Below, in pieces: positions 15,949 through 24,451 of a stretch of 39,694 nucleotides of DNA. A model generated the notes under the pieces. The model saw only the letters and a program-made list of their open reading frames with translations, ran no database searches and had not been told where the DNA came from. A program made the position numbers and the translations under genes. Position 1 is the stretch's first letter, and each line of letters starts with the position of its first letter. The stretch spans positions 1-39,694 of the IMG/VR virus record IMGVR_UViG_3300032218_001037, one strand, 5' to 3'. The stretch is from a virus. Its lineage: Duplodnaviria > Caudoviricetes.

Positions 15949-16222
15949 TGGATAGCCTCTTTCTATTTGTGTATTGGAGCACGGCTCTTATCGCCACACT
16001 CACTGGTCTATACATAGATTGGTATTGTTTTTGCCGTTATGTGGCGCACCTGTATTCATGCTGTTTCATGCACAAATGGTTGACGGCACGCATGTGATGG
16101 GGGGCATGAGGGGGGTACCGGGTCGAACTAGAATGGATGGCATTAGCCGAGGGCCGTACAGATTGTTTTTGTATAGGTTGGGGGGGTACTTGACTTTTAG
16201 GGTACCTTAATCAAAAATTATA

Positions 16223-16486
16223 TTAGCAATCCCATTTTTTTAGTGCTAAAGCCTTACGGGTTGGGCGTCCTTTGGAATCTTTCATAGGTCCTGGCATGCC
16301 TCCCATTCGTGCGCAAAATGATTTGCGACGTGCAGCGGATTTAGGGGACTTGGCAGCCTGTTTTGCTGACACTGGTGGTTTCAAGGTGCCACCTGTTTGT
16401 GCTTTGTATGAGGCTCGTCCTTTGGCGTTGAGTCCACCTGCAGGGTTTTTGCCTTCTTTGCGTTGCCATGCAGCAGTTTTGGGCAT
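16223..16486 (-). CDS. Small basic phage protein (DUF6321-like)
   Basis: WQRKEGKNPAGGLNAKGRASY...RRKSFCARM...ALKKWDC; family assignment recalled, not searched. Confidence 0.75.
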   Translation of the reverse strand: MPKTAAWQRKEGKNPAGGLNAKGRASYKAQTGGTLKPPVSAKQAAKSPKSAARRKSFCARMGGMPGPMKDSKGRPTRKALALKKWDC

Positions 16487-16488
16487 AA

Positions 16489-16656
16489 CTATTTTTTCTT
16501 TTTCTTCTTTTTTGCTTGTGCCTGCTCAGACAGAGCGATAGCGATGGCTTGTTTACGGCTGGTCACTACTGGTCCACCTTTACCACTGTGTAGAGTTCCT
16601 GTTTTCCATTCGTGCATGACTTTGGCTGTCTTGGTTTTAGGCATTTTCTTTTTCAT
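16489..16656 (-). CDS. Small basic protein (DUF6496-like)
   Basis: KVMHEWKTGTLHSG...VTSRKQAIAIALSE followed by a poly-K tail. Confidence 0.75.
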   Translation of the reverse strand: MKKKMPKTKTAKVMHEWKTGTLHSGKGGPVVTSRKQAIAIALSEQAQAKKKKKKK

Positions 16657-17063
16657 AGTTGTTTTACTTTCATGGATGATTTGATTGGTCCGTTTGTTAC
16701 CCATGCGTCACAGGTTCGGTCTCCTGCGCATTTGAAATCAAAGATTTCGCAGTATCCAATGTTGGCTGCTGCTATAACGTCCATTGCATGGGACATTGGT
16801 TCGTCACCAATGCCTTTATGGATGCAGTCCATGATGTCTGGTGTTTGAATAAATGCAGCACAGTTTCGGCATCGTGCCTTTTTGGCTTGTTCTACTGGGA
16901 TGTGAAAGATGTCTGCTTTTTGTTTCCAAAACTTTGTGTCTGGAAGGTTGGGTAGCATTGGACCATAGTTGGCTTTGTCAATTGCTATTTGGCGATTGGC
17001 AATGTTAACAGTGATGTCCTGTGTTGCAGGTGGACATCCGTTGATGAGTTTTTCCTCTTTCAC
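16653..17063 (-). CDS. Cys-rich conserved phage protein (HiPIP-like Cys pattern)
   Basis: CRNCAAF...GYCEIFDFKC...RTCDAW; GTG start. Confidence 0.65.
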   Translation of the reverse strand: MKEEKLINGCPPATQDITVNIANRQIAIDKANYGPMLPNLPDTKFWKQKADIFHIPVEQAKKARCRNCAAFIQTPDIMDCIHKGIGDEPMSHAMDVIAAANIGYCEIFDFKCAGDRTCDAWVTNGPIKSSMKVKQL

Positions 17064-17101
17064 TGTTTACCATTCCTTGTGCATGCTTGGGTTGCATGTT
17101 C

Positions 17102-17161
17102 GTCCGTCGGGCGGGGGCCCGTCGGACAGGGGTTTCCTTCCCCCCTCCCTACCCTCCCCCC
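17102..17161. other. GC hairpin plus G-tract cluster in divergent intergenic region
   Basis: GTCCG-T-CGGGC-GGGG-GCCCG-T-CGGAC at 17102-17127; minus strand GGGGGG-A-GGG-TA-GGG-A-GGGGGG at 17161-17140. Confidence 0.55.
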
Positions 17162-17207
17162 AGTTCGTTACCTAGCATAGAGTGGTCAACCAATCACGCA
17201 CAGTGGT

Positions 17208-17229
17208 GTAACAGTTATCCCTAAAGGTG
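17208..17229 (+). promoter_or_regulatory. Putative late promoter motif GTAAC-N9-TA (before TerS)
   Basis: GTAAC-AGTTATCCC-TAAAGGTG-ATG; same spacing recurs before other late genes. Confidence 0.55.
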
Positions 17230-17667
17230 ATGAAACAAAACGAAGAACTCACACTCACAGCACAACAACAAGAGTATTTGAATTGGCTTTGCATCGCTCC
17301 GCAGGAGCGTGTGCCTAACTCTAAGCGAGCCTTTGCTGAACAGATTGGTGTAGACATCACTACGCTCCGTAGGTGGCAGAAGAAAGATATCTTTGTTGCA
17401 CAGTGGAAGACCGCTGTAGACGACATCCAGGGGTCTCCAGAACGTACCCAGAGACTCCTTGACACTTTGTATGGTAAGGCTCTTGAAGGTGATGTTAAAT
17501 CTGCACAGTTGTATTTACAGGCTACGAACCGTATGGCTCCGCCATCGGTAACGATTAGTTCTAATAAGAAGACAGTGGATTTGTCGGATGCTGAATTAGA
17601 TTCGTTGATTGCCACTATCGCAGAACGTGAGAAGGCTAATCGTAATCATTTGAAGGCTGTAGTTTGA
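17227..17667 (+). CDS. terS: Probable terminase small subunit (phBC6A51-like HTH)
   Basis: LTAQQQEYLNWL...AEQIGVDITTLRRWQK..F...LYGKALEGDVKSAQLYL; first gene of the late strand. Confidence 0.7.
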   Translation: MMKQNEELTLTAQQQEYLNWLCIAPQERVPNSKRAFAEQIGVDITTLRRWQKKDIFVAQWKTAVDDIQGSPERTQRLLDTLYGKALEGDVKSAQLYLQATNRMAPPSVTISSNKKTVDLSDAELDSLIATIAEREKANRNHLKAVV

Positions 17668-17801
17668 TTTTGTTGACTTGTCCTGATTGTGGTGAGGAGT
17701 ATCCTCCTCAGGTGACTAATTGGGTTTGTCCAACTTGTGGCGTAGATGATTACGAGAAGAAGATGGTTACTTTTGAATTGAGGGATTATGGCGACAACTA
17801 A
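17664..17801 (+). CDS. Small Zn-ribbon protein (45 aa)
   Basis: TTG start overlapping the TerS stop; CPDCGEEY...WVCPTCG. Confidence 0.6.
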   Translation: MILLTCPDCGEEYPPQVTNWVCPTCGVDDYEKKMVTFELRDYGDN

Positions 17802-18084
17802 CGATGCAATGTTTCGTGAGTTGGCTGTTTTGTATCCAAACACGGGTCAAACTTTGGGTGACTTGTTGTATGCATATTGGAAAGATACCGGTTTGCAATA
17901 TCGTGGAACTTTAGAGGGTTCGATATATGTTGCTTCTGGTGCCACTGGCGACACGTTTGGTGATTTGGCTAATACGTTTTGGGGAGACCACGATTTTTTG
18001 ATTTCAAACTTGGAACAAGAATTAGGTGACGATTTACTCTTAGAGACAGAGGACTACATTTTATTGGAGACTGGTAATGGCTGA
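17788..18084 (+). CDS. Probable virion fibre-attachment protein
   Basis: C-terminal LEQELGDDLLLETEDYILLETG repeat, upstream of a fibre gene; function inferred. Confidence 0.55.
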   Translation: MATTNDAMFRELAVLYPNTGQTLGDLLYAYWKDTGLQYRGTLEGSIYVASGATGDTFGDLANTFWGDHDFLISNLEQELGDDLLLETEDYILLETGNG

Positions 18085-18514
18085 TAAGAAAATTACTGCA
18101 TTAACGGAGGCTACATCTCTTGTAGCCGCCGATATTATTCCTGTAGTAACTGATACTACGGGTACTCCTACAACAAAAAAAGTTACTGTTACAAATCTTA
18201 AAGTGGCTGTTGCCCCAGATTTGTCCACTTATGCAACTTTGGCTAGCCCAACATTTACTGGTACGCCAACATTGCCTACGGGAACTATTGCCACAACCCA
18301 GACTGCTGCCGATAGCAGCACAAAACTTGCTACAACGGCGTTTGTTACCACAGCAGACAACTTGAAGGCAAACCTTGCTAGCCCAACATTGACTGGTACT
18401 CCATTAGCCCCAACTGCTGCGGCAGGTACAAGCACAACACAGATTGCCACGACAGCGTTTGCTGACCCACAGGGTGACCAGTTTGTGTTGTCGGCAGCAA
18501 TTTTCACCAATTAA
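18077..18514 (+). CDS. Short fibre shaft protein
   Basis: MADKKITAL N-terminus and two LASPT(F/L)TGTP...ATTAF phage fibre repeats. Confidence 0.75.
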   Translation: MADKKITALTEATSLVAADIIPVVTDTTGTPTTKKVTVTNLKVAVAPDLSTYATLASPTFTGTPTLPTGTIATTQTAADSSTKLATTAFVTTADNLKANLASPTLTGTPLAPTAAAGTSTTQIATTAFADPQGDQFVLSAAIFTN

Positions 18515-18536
18515 GTAACGATTCAGGAGAACATAT
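18515..18536 (+). promoter_or_regulatory. GTAAC motif 17 nt upstream of ATG 18537
   Basis: GTAAC-GATTCAGGAGAACATAT-ATG; this copy also contains a Shine-Dalgarno and lacks the TA at N9. Confidence 0.45.
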
Positions 18537-18908
18537 ATGGCAACTTTCACAAAACTCGCACTTCAACCAGCAGGCACAACGGGCACAGGTCTTGGTATCA
18601 AGGTTGTTGCTACAGCAACTGCTGGTACCGCTGTTCACACAGCGTCAGCAACAACAACAACCATTGATGAAATTTGGTTGTACGCAGTTAACACTTCTGC
18701 TTCAGATGTTAAGTTAACAATTGAGTGGGGAGAAGCAACTGCACCAGATGGAAACATCGAATACACAGTTAAGGCTGAGAACGGTCTGTACTTAATTGCT
18801 CCGGGTTTACTCTTACAGGGCAACGCAACTGCCAAGGTTGTTAAGGCGTTTGCTGCAACTGCAAACGTTATTGTGATTCACGGGTACGTTAACCGCATCA
18901 CAGCGTAA
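18537..18908 (+). CDS. Virion structural beta-rich protein (fibre knob/adaptor)
   Basis: Thr/Ala-rich, DEIWLYAVN...HGYVNRI; lies within the fibre cluster. Confidence 0.6.
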   Translation: MATFTKLALQPAGTTGTGLGIKVVATATAGTAVHTASATTTTIDEIWLYAVNTSASDVKLTIEWGEATAPDGNIEYTVKAENGLYLIAPGLLLQGNATAKVVKAFAATANVIVIHGYVNRITA

Positions 18909-18919
18909 GGTCATCTTAG

Positions 18920-19762
18920 ATGCCTTCCTTCGTTAGAAACACATCAGGTGGTAAAGCCATTAGCGGTGGAGCATTGGCTCCACGCTCACGCCGTGGTAAT
19001 AACACTGACCAAGTTAACTCGTATTGGGCTGGTGGTGGTGCAAATTACATGACTGCGACAGGTGGCACCACAACACTGTATTCATCTGGTGGAATAGATT
19101 ACAAATCACACAAATTTACATCTTCTGGAACTTTTACTGTTTCTGATTTGGGTGTAAGCCCAATTATTGATGTTCTTGTTGTGGCAGGTGGTGGTGGTGG
19201 TTGCGGTGACCGTGCTGGTGGCGGTGGTGCAGGTGGTTTTCGTACTAGCACTCAAACACTAGTGAGTGCAACTGGTTACACCGTTACCGTTGGTACTGGT
19301 GGTCCAAACAACTCTGGTGGAAGTCGTGGAGGAACTTCAACTTTTGCTGGTGTAACAACAATCAACACAACTGGTGGTGGTACTGGCGATGGTCTTGTTA
19401 GTGGTTCTTATATTGGTGCAATGACAGGTGGTTCTGGTGGCGGTGGCTACAGTAGTGCTGGTGCAGCAGGTAACGTAGGAGGATATTCGCCAGTTGAAGG
19501 ATATAGAGGTGGAGACCAATCTGGCGGTATACAAGGTGGTGCAGGAGGTGGTGCAGGAGGTGTTGGTGGTGACTCGTATGCTGGTAATACTGCTGGCGCA
19601 TCAAACTCCTATGAAACTGGTTCTAACCAAACATATGCTGTTGGCGGTGGTGGCGGTATGACTGGCTCAACAACAGATTCTGCCCCAGGTTCAGGTCGTG
19701 CTGCATTTTCTGCAACTTCGGCAAAAGACGGCATTGTTATTATTAGATATAGAGTTGCATAA
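18920..19762 (+). CDS. Glycine-rich domain protein (putative receptor-binding fibre tip)
   Basis: HKFTSSGTF, VLVVAGGGGG...GGGGAGG, GGSGGG, GIVIIRY end. Confidence 0.8.
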   Translation: MPSFVRNTSGGKAISGGALAPRSRRGNNTDQVNSYWAGGGANYMTATGGTTTLYSSGGIDYKSHKFTSSGTFTVSDLGVSPIIDVLVVAGGGGGCGDRAGGGGAGGFRTSTQTLVSATGYTVTVGTGGPNNSGGSRGGTSTFAGVTTINTTGGGTGDGLVSGSYIGAMTGGSGGGGYSSAGAAGNVGGYSPVEGYRGGDQSGGIQGGAGGGAGGVGGDSYAGNTAGASNSYETGSNQTYAVGGGGGMTGSTTDSAPGSGRAAFSATSAKDGIVIIRYRVA

Positions 19763-20058
19763 TGGCTAACTACGCAAAAATTGTTGATGGCAAAGTTGAG
19801 AATGTTATTGTTGCTGAAGCCGAATGGATAGCAACACAAACACAAGATGTCTATGTTTTATCAACTGACGAAAATACGGCTTGTGTTAATGGCTCAATTA
19901 TTAATGGTATTTTTGTTAACCCACAACCTTATCCATCATGGACTTTGAGCGAAGATTATAAATGGATTTCTCCAATACCATTGCCTACTGACTACAATAC
20001 TGTAGTTTATAGATGGGACGAAAAAAATTTGTCTTGGGTGGAAATGCAATTTAATTAA
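19762..20058 (+). CDS. Partner/chaperone of the glycine-rich fibre protein
   Basis: MANYAKI..G.VENVIVA...PQPYPSWTL...W..PIPLP...WDE; coupled by TAATG. Confidence 0.65.
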   Translation: MANYAKIVDGKVENVIVAEAEWIATQTQDVYVLSTDENTACVNGSIINGIFVNPQPYPSWTLSEDYKWISPIPLPTDYNTVVYRWDEKNLSWVEMQFN

Positions 20059-20078
20059 AGAAAGAGATTATTTTCATT

Positions 20079-20627
20079 GTGATTAAACAAGTTTATAATC
20101 CATTGTCCACTCAACAGGCTGATTACATAGAACAACAGGTCTCTGATAAATTTTTTCCTTGGTATTATTTTGGGAATGTTCATGCAGTTGAAAGCAAAAG
20201 CAGTGTTACATATGGTTTCCAACACACTGCTTTAGAATATGGAAAAGATAACAGTAGTCTTTGTGAAACAGCAAAATTAATAGCATATGCTGTTGCCAAT
20301 TCTGCTGGAATTACAATTGATTCTATATATCATTTGAGATTTAATTTATTGACAATTCAGTCAAATGATATTGAACCACATTTTCATACAGATTTAACTT
20401 CAGAATTTTATGAACAAAATCCACATTTAGGAAAACATTATTCTGCTATCTATTACATAAATAATTCTGATGGATGCACTCTGTTTGAAGGGCAAAAAAC
20501 AACAATTAAACCGATTAAGAACACTGGTGTTGTTTTTGATGGAACAATGATGCACTCTGCTTCATACCCAATGTCTAATCAAATTAGACTTGTATTAAAT
20601 ATAAACTTTTTTAGCAATGAACAGTAG
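20079..20627 (+). CDS. 2OG-Fe(II) oxygenase superfamily protein
   Basis: FPWYY, HTD (HxD), AIYYINNSDGCTLF, VVFDG...H.AS, R.VLNINF; visibly AT-richer. Confidence 0.85.
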   Translation: MIKQVYNPLSTQQADYIEQQVSDKFFPWYYFGNVHAVESKSSVTYGFQHTALEYGKDNSSLCETAKLIAYAVANSAGITIDSIYHLRFNLLTIQSNDIEPHFHTDLTSEFYEQNPHLGKHYSAIYYINNSDGCTLFEGQKTTIKPIKNTGVVFDGTMMHSASYPMSNQIRLVLNINFFSNEQ

Positions 20628-22038
20628 ATGGCTGATATTTGCGCCAGTAGCAATCTTGGCGTTGTTTGCGCCGCAAGCCAACGCTGAACCAATAGCGGGA
20701 CTACAGACTACTTATTACGCAATAGATACCGTACCTCCCACACGGTCAGACAACATCTATACCGTTTGCGGTAGTGAAGTGGAAAACAACATCAACCGTT
20801 CGTATGACGGTGAACCATACCTAGATTGCACAAACGACTTGTTTATGGTTCACATGACAGGCTTCATTGAGATACCTGAGCATGACACCATCGAGTTTTG
20901 GTTAGCATCGGACGATGGTGGCACAATTAAGATTGGTTTAGATGAATGGGGAACTTGGAATGACCAAGGTTGTTCTGCAACCGAGTCCGGACATATAGAC
21001 ATTAGTGCAGGCAGTAAACCCCTTGATTTGTGGATGTACGAAAATGGTGGTGGAACATGCCTAATGCTTGCTTGGAATATCAACAATCAAGGTTGGGAAA
21101 TGGTTCCTGATGAAGCCTTCACAACTAACGGTATTCAAATAGATACGACTACAACTATTCAGGAGACAACTACAACATGGGAATCTACAACAACATTCAC
21201 GACGTCAACGACGACCACTACTACCACTGCACCCTCTTCGACTGTGCCTGTAACAAGCGTGTCAACTACTACGACACCTCAAACAACTTCCACATACCCA
21301 CCAGAGCCGACAATGCCAGACCCGCCAGCAACGGTTCCTCTACCACAAACAGTTGAATTAGAACCGCCAGATACCATAGTTCTACCACCAGAGATTGAAA
21401 CATTTCCACCAGAAACATTAGAACTACCTCCAGACACTTACCCTACTATTGAGCCACCGCAAACGCTACCGTTTGTCGGTGAACTGCCAGAACCACCTGA
21501 CACAATTGAATTGCCACCAGACACAATGCCTGAGCCACCTGCAACCCTGCCAATTGAGTTGATTGCAGAACTGCCACCTGAACTAGTCCAAGCCTTAGAA
21601 GATGCCAGTGAGGATGTGTCTTTGACTAATGAACAGTTTGCTGCAGCCGTAGAAGTCATTGCAGATTTAACACCATCAGAAGCGGTAGCACTGATTGAGC
21701 AAATCCTTGCTACCGCAGTAACACCAGACCAAGCAAGAGAACTGGCTTCCAACCCGGATGTCCTTGCTGTTGTCACTTCTCAGCAGGCTGAAGAAATCTT
21801 TCAGACTTTGGATGTAACCGAATTAGATAACACCCAAATAGATGCGCTGGTTGCGGCAGTTCAGGAAGCACCTGTGACTGTTCGTAAGGCATTTGAAAAG
21901 ACTATAAACGTTTTTGGTGATGGTTTGGGTGATTATGTACCAATTGGTTCTAATGTCCCCGTAGACACTCGCAGGACGCTTATAGCGGTGGCTGCTGGTG
22001 CTGCCACCGTTGCGGCAGGGCAACGAAGGCAGAAGTAA
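20617..22038 (+). CDS. Secreted/membrane-anchored PA14-domain protein with Thr/Pro-rich stalk
   Basis: Signal peptide (…PQANA|EP), PA14 motifs LASDDGG and YENGGG, poly-T and EPP repeats, helical domain, hydrophobic plus basic C-terminus. Confidence 0.75.
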   Translation: MNSRWLIFAPVAILALFAPQANAEPIAGLQTTYYAIDTVPPTRSDNIYTVCGSEVENNINRSYDGEPYLDCTNDLFMVHMTGFIEIPEHDTIEFWLASDDGGTIKIGLDEWGTWNDQGCSATESGHIDISAGSKPLDLWMYENGGGTCLMLAWNINNQGWEMVPDEAFTTNGIQIDTTTTIQETTTTWESTTTFTTSTTTTTTTAPSSTVPVTSVSTTTTPQTTSTYPPEPTMPDPPATVPLPQTVELEPPDTIVLPPEIETFPPETLELPPDTYPTIEPPQTLPFVGELPEPPDTIELPPDTMPEPPATLPIELIAELPPELVQALEDASEDVSLTNEQFAAAVEVIADLTPSEAVALIEQILATAVTPDQARELASNPDVLAVVTSQQAEEIFQTLDVTELDNTQIDALVAAVQEAPVTVRKAFEKTINVFGDGLGDYVPIGSNVPVDTRRTLIAVAAGAATVAAGQRRQK

Positions 22039-22055
22039 CACCTAGAACTATAGGT
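22035..22055 (+). promoter_or_regulatory. GTAAC-N9-TA motif before GTG 22056
   Basis: GTAAC-ACCTAGAAC-TATAGGT-GTG. Confidence 0.55.
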
Positions 22056-22226
22056 GTGAAGAAAATACTCTCTGAAATCCATGGTTTGACCTGGACTCTA
22101 GCCGGCACTGGAATGGTGCTGATTACGTTGTCAGGTTCTACGAGGGTTTTTGGTATTCAAATCACATTAGTAGCAATAGCCATTCACCTACTCGGTGCTA
22201 TCTTTGGAGATACCAGTGAAAAATAA
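22056..22226 (+). CDS. Small two-TM membrane protein (56 aa)
   Basis: Read manually: MKKILSEIHGLTWTLAGTGMVLITLSGSTRVFGIQITLVAIAIHLLGAIFGDTSEK. Confidence 0.65.
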   Translation: MKKILSEIHGLTWTLAGTGMVLITLSGSTRVFGIQITLVAIAIHLLGAIFGDTSEK

Positions 22227-22470
22227 TAATCAGTCAGTTGACCAGACCGCCAAAGGTGGTGTTTTGGGTATTGTTGTGTACTTGTGCGTGAAGTACAATG
22301 TTGATGCTGCTTTGACAGCAATGGCAATGCCATTGGTGGCTGCAGGATTGTCATGGGCTTCGACAAAGATTGGCGACCCAACTGTTGCATCGTTCATTGG
22401 TTCTAAGACATCACAGGGCAAGCCGTTGACTGTCAAGAAGGCTGTTAAGAAAAAGGTTGGAGTTAAGTAA
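22216..22470 (+). CDS. Holin-like membrane protein
   Basis: GTG at 22216 after GGAG; two hydrophobic segments and a basic C-terminus. Confidence 0.5.
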   Translation: MKNNNQSVDQTAKGGVLGIVVYLCVKYNVDAALTAMAMPLVAAGLSWASTKIGDPTVASFIGSKTSQGKPLTVKKAVKKKVGVK

Positions 22471-22847
22471 TGGCTGTTAAAAAGATGGTTGAAAAGGCAG
22501 TACCGAAAAAAGTTGCATCAAAAAAATCTATGTCTACAGATGGTAGTGACCGTCGTCTTACGAGTATTAAGACTGGCAAAAACATTCCAGAAACTTACAA
22601 AGAGTACAAAGCACGAGAAAAATTAGCCGAATACCAAAGGGGAACACATCCTGGTCGTTCCGCTCTTGGTATGGGAAGCAAAAAACAAAAAGGTTTTGCT
22701 GCGGGATTCGACTCCGCAAAAAAGGCTATGCAAAACAATGCTCCTTCCTCAAATCAATATGTTGATATGATGGGTCGTAAATCAAATATTGTTGGATATT
22801 ATGCCGGCATGCCAATTGATGCAAAGAAGAAAAAAAAGAAAAAATAA
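22470..22847 (+). CDS. Lys-rich hypothetical protein
   Basis: 125 aa with a poly-K end; coupled to TerL. Confidence 0.6.
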   Translation: MAVKKMVEKAVPKKVASKKSMSTDGSDRRLTSIKTGKNIPETYKEYKAREKLAEYQRGTHPGRSALGMGSKKQKGFAAGFDSAKKAMQNNAPSSNQYVDMMGRKSNIVGYYAGMPIDAKKKKKKK

Positions 22848-24446
22848 ATGGAACTCACAGACCTTCTCAATGAGAAGGAATGGCGCAAGTGTAAAGGTCC
22901 AGAGAATGCAACCACCGAAGAACTGGTGGCTGCCTTTTCCCATTTCTGCTCTAACTATTGGCACATCAGACATCCTGAGCGTGGTCGTATCAAGTTTGAC
23001 ATGCGTGAAGCACAGGTTGAAACTGTGCGATGCTGGATTGAAGACCGTTACACCATTGTTCTAAAAGCCCGCCAAATTGGTTTCTCCACTTTGGCTGCAG
23101 CATTTGCCTTTTGGGAAGTGTTCTACTGGTCTGACCGTTTTACAGTAATGCTTTCACGCACAGAACGTGAAGCATCTAAGTTACTACAAAAGACCAAGTA
23201 CGGCTACAAGATGTTGCCTCCTTGGATGAGGGTACGTGGACCCGACCTTTTGTCTGACAACCAGTTAAAGATGGTGTTTTCCAACGATTCATCTTTGGAG
23301 TCTTTGCCATCAGGTAATGACCCTGCTCGTGGTGAATCTGTGTATCGAGTGTTCATTGACGAAATGGCATTTTTGCCCAACGCCGATGAAGCGTGGGCAT
23401 CTATTGAACCAATTGCAGACATTGGTGGTCGTGTCGTTTGTTTGAGCACAGCCAACGGTGAAGGCAACATATTTCACCAGTTGTGGGTTGGTTCACAAAC
23501 TGGAACCAATCGCTTTGTTGGTATCTTTTTTCCTTGGTCTGCTGGAGACCGTGATGAGTACTGGTACGAGGCTAAGAAACGTGACCTACCTGATTGGCAG
23601 TTGGCACAGGAATATCCGGACAATGCGGAAGAAGCGTTTATTCGTTCTGGTCGTCCAGTGTTTGACCTTGAAGCAATCAGACAGATTGAACCTGTTGAAC
23701 CCGACAGGGGTTATCTAAAAAATAGTCTCGGTAAAAATGTTTACACATTTTTGAAAGATGGTGGTGAACTGGCTATTTGGGAATATCCAGACCGACAAGA
23801 AGTTTATGTTATTGGTGCTGACGTTGCAGAGGGTTTGGGTCATGGTGACTTCAGTTCTGCCCATGTTATTTCGGCAAGCACAGGAATGATGGTTGCTCAC
23901 TGGCATGGTCATGTTGATGCCGATATTTTTGGTGAACAGGTCCTGAACGCTTTAGGTTTTTATTACAACTATGCTCTTATTGGGGTTGAATCAAACAACC
24001 ACGGATTAACAACTCTGAAAGCGTTGCAACGAGTAAGTTACAGAAACATTTACCGTCAGCGAAAAATGAACCACAGAAACCCTGTTATTTCAGATACTTT
24101 GGGTTGGAGAACTACATCTGTTTCTAAGCCTTTGGCTATTGATGAACTTAATGCTGCCCTTCGTGATTCTTCCATGTTGTTGTATGACGCTAAAACAATG
24201 GCTGAGTTACGTACATTTGTGCGTGAAGCCAACGGCAAGATGCATGGTTCTCCGCATGATGACAGAGTGATGTCTTTGGCAATCACAAATCAGATGCTTA
24301 AATATGTCTGGTTGCCTGAGTACCGTTATGATGCTTTACCTGTTAAAAACACTCTTGGTTGGTGGGAACAACACATTATTCGAGAAAAAAAACAAACTCG
24401 AATACCTATTGGTGCTTTTAATGTTCAAAGTAACGAACAACGCTAA
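22848..24446 (+). CDS. terL: Terminase large subunit
   Basis: LKARQIGFST Walker A, VFIDEMAF Walker B, STANG motif III, GADVAEG and HDDRVMS nuclease motifs. Confidence 0.95.
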   Translation: MELTDLLNEKEWRKCKGPENATTEELVAAFSHFCSNYWHIRHPERGRIKFDMREAQVETVRCWIEDRYTIVLKARQIGFSTLAAAFAFWEVFYWSDRFTVMLSRTEREASKLLQKTKYGYKMLPPWMRVRGPDLLSDNQLKMVFSNDSSLESLPSGNDPARGESVYRVFIDEMAFLPNADEAWASIEPIADIGGRVVCLSTANGEGNIFHQLWVGSQTGTNRFVGIFFPWSAGDRDEYWYEAKKRDLPDWQLAQEYPDNAEEAFIRSGRPVFDLEAIRQIEPVEPDRGYLKNSLGKNVYTFLKDGGELAIWEYPDRQEVYVIGADVAEGLGHGDFSSAHVISASTGMMVAHWHGHVDADIFGEQVLNALGFYYNYALIGVESNNHGLTTLKALQRVSYRNIYRQRKMNHRNPVISDTLGWRTTSVSKPLAIDELNAALRDSSMLLYDAKTMAELRTFVREANGKMHGSPHDDRVMSLAITNQMLKYVWLPEYRYDALPVKNTLGWWEQHIIREKKQTRIPIGAFNVQSNEQR

Positions 24447-24451
24447 TAGTT
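24430..24451 (+). promoter_or_regulatory. GTAAC-N9-TA motif before ATG 24452
   Basis: GTAAC-GAACAACGC-TAATAGTT-ATG; no Shine-Dalgarno. Confidence 0.55.

Noticed and set aside
21140-21560. ACx/CCA-rich repeats as a tandem array or diversity-generating retroelement target
   Set aside because: They are explained by the Thr/Pro linker codons. No reverse transcriptase or TR/VR pair was seen.
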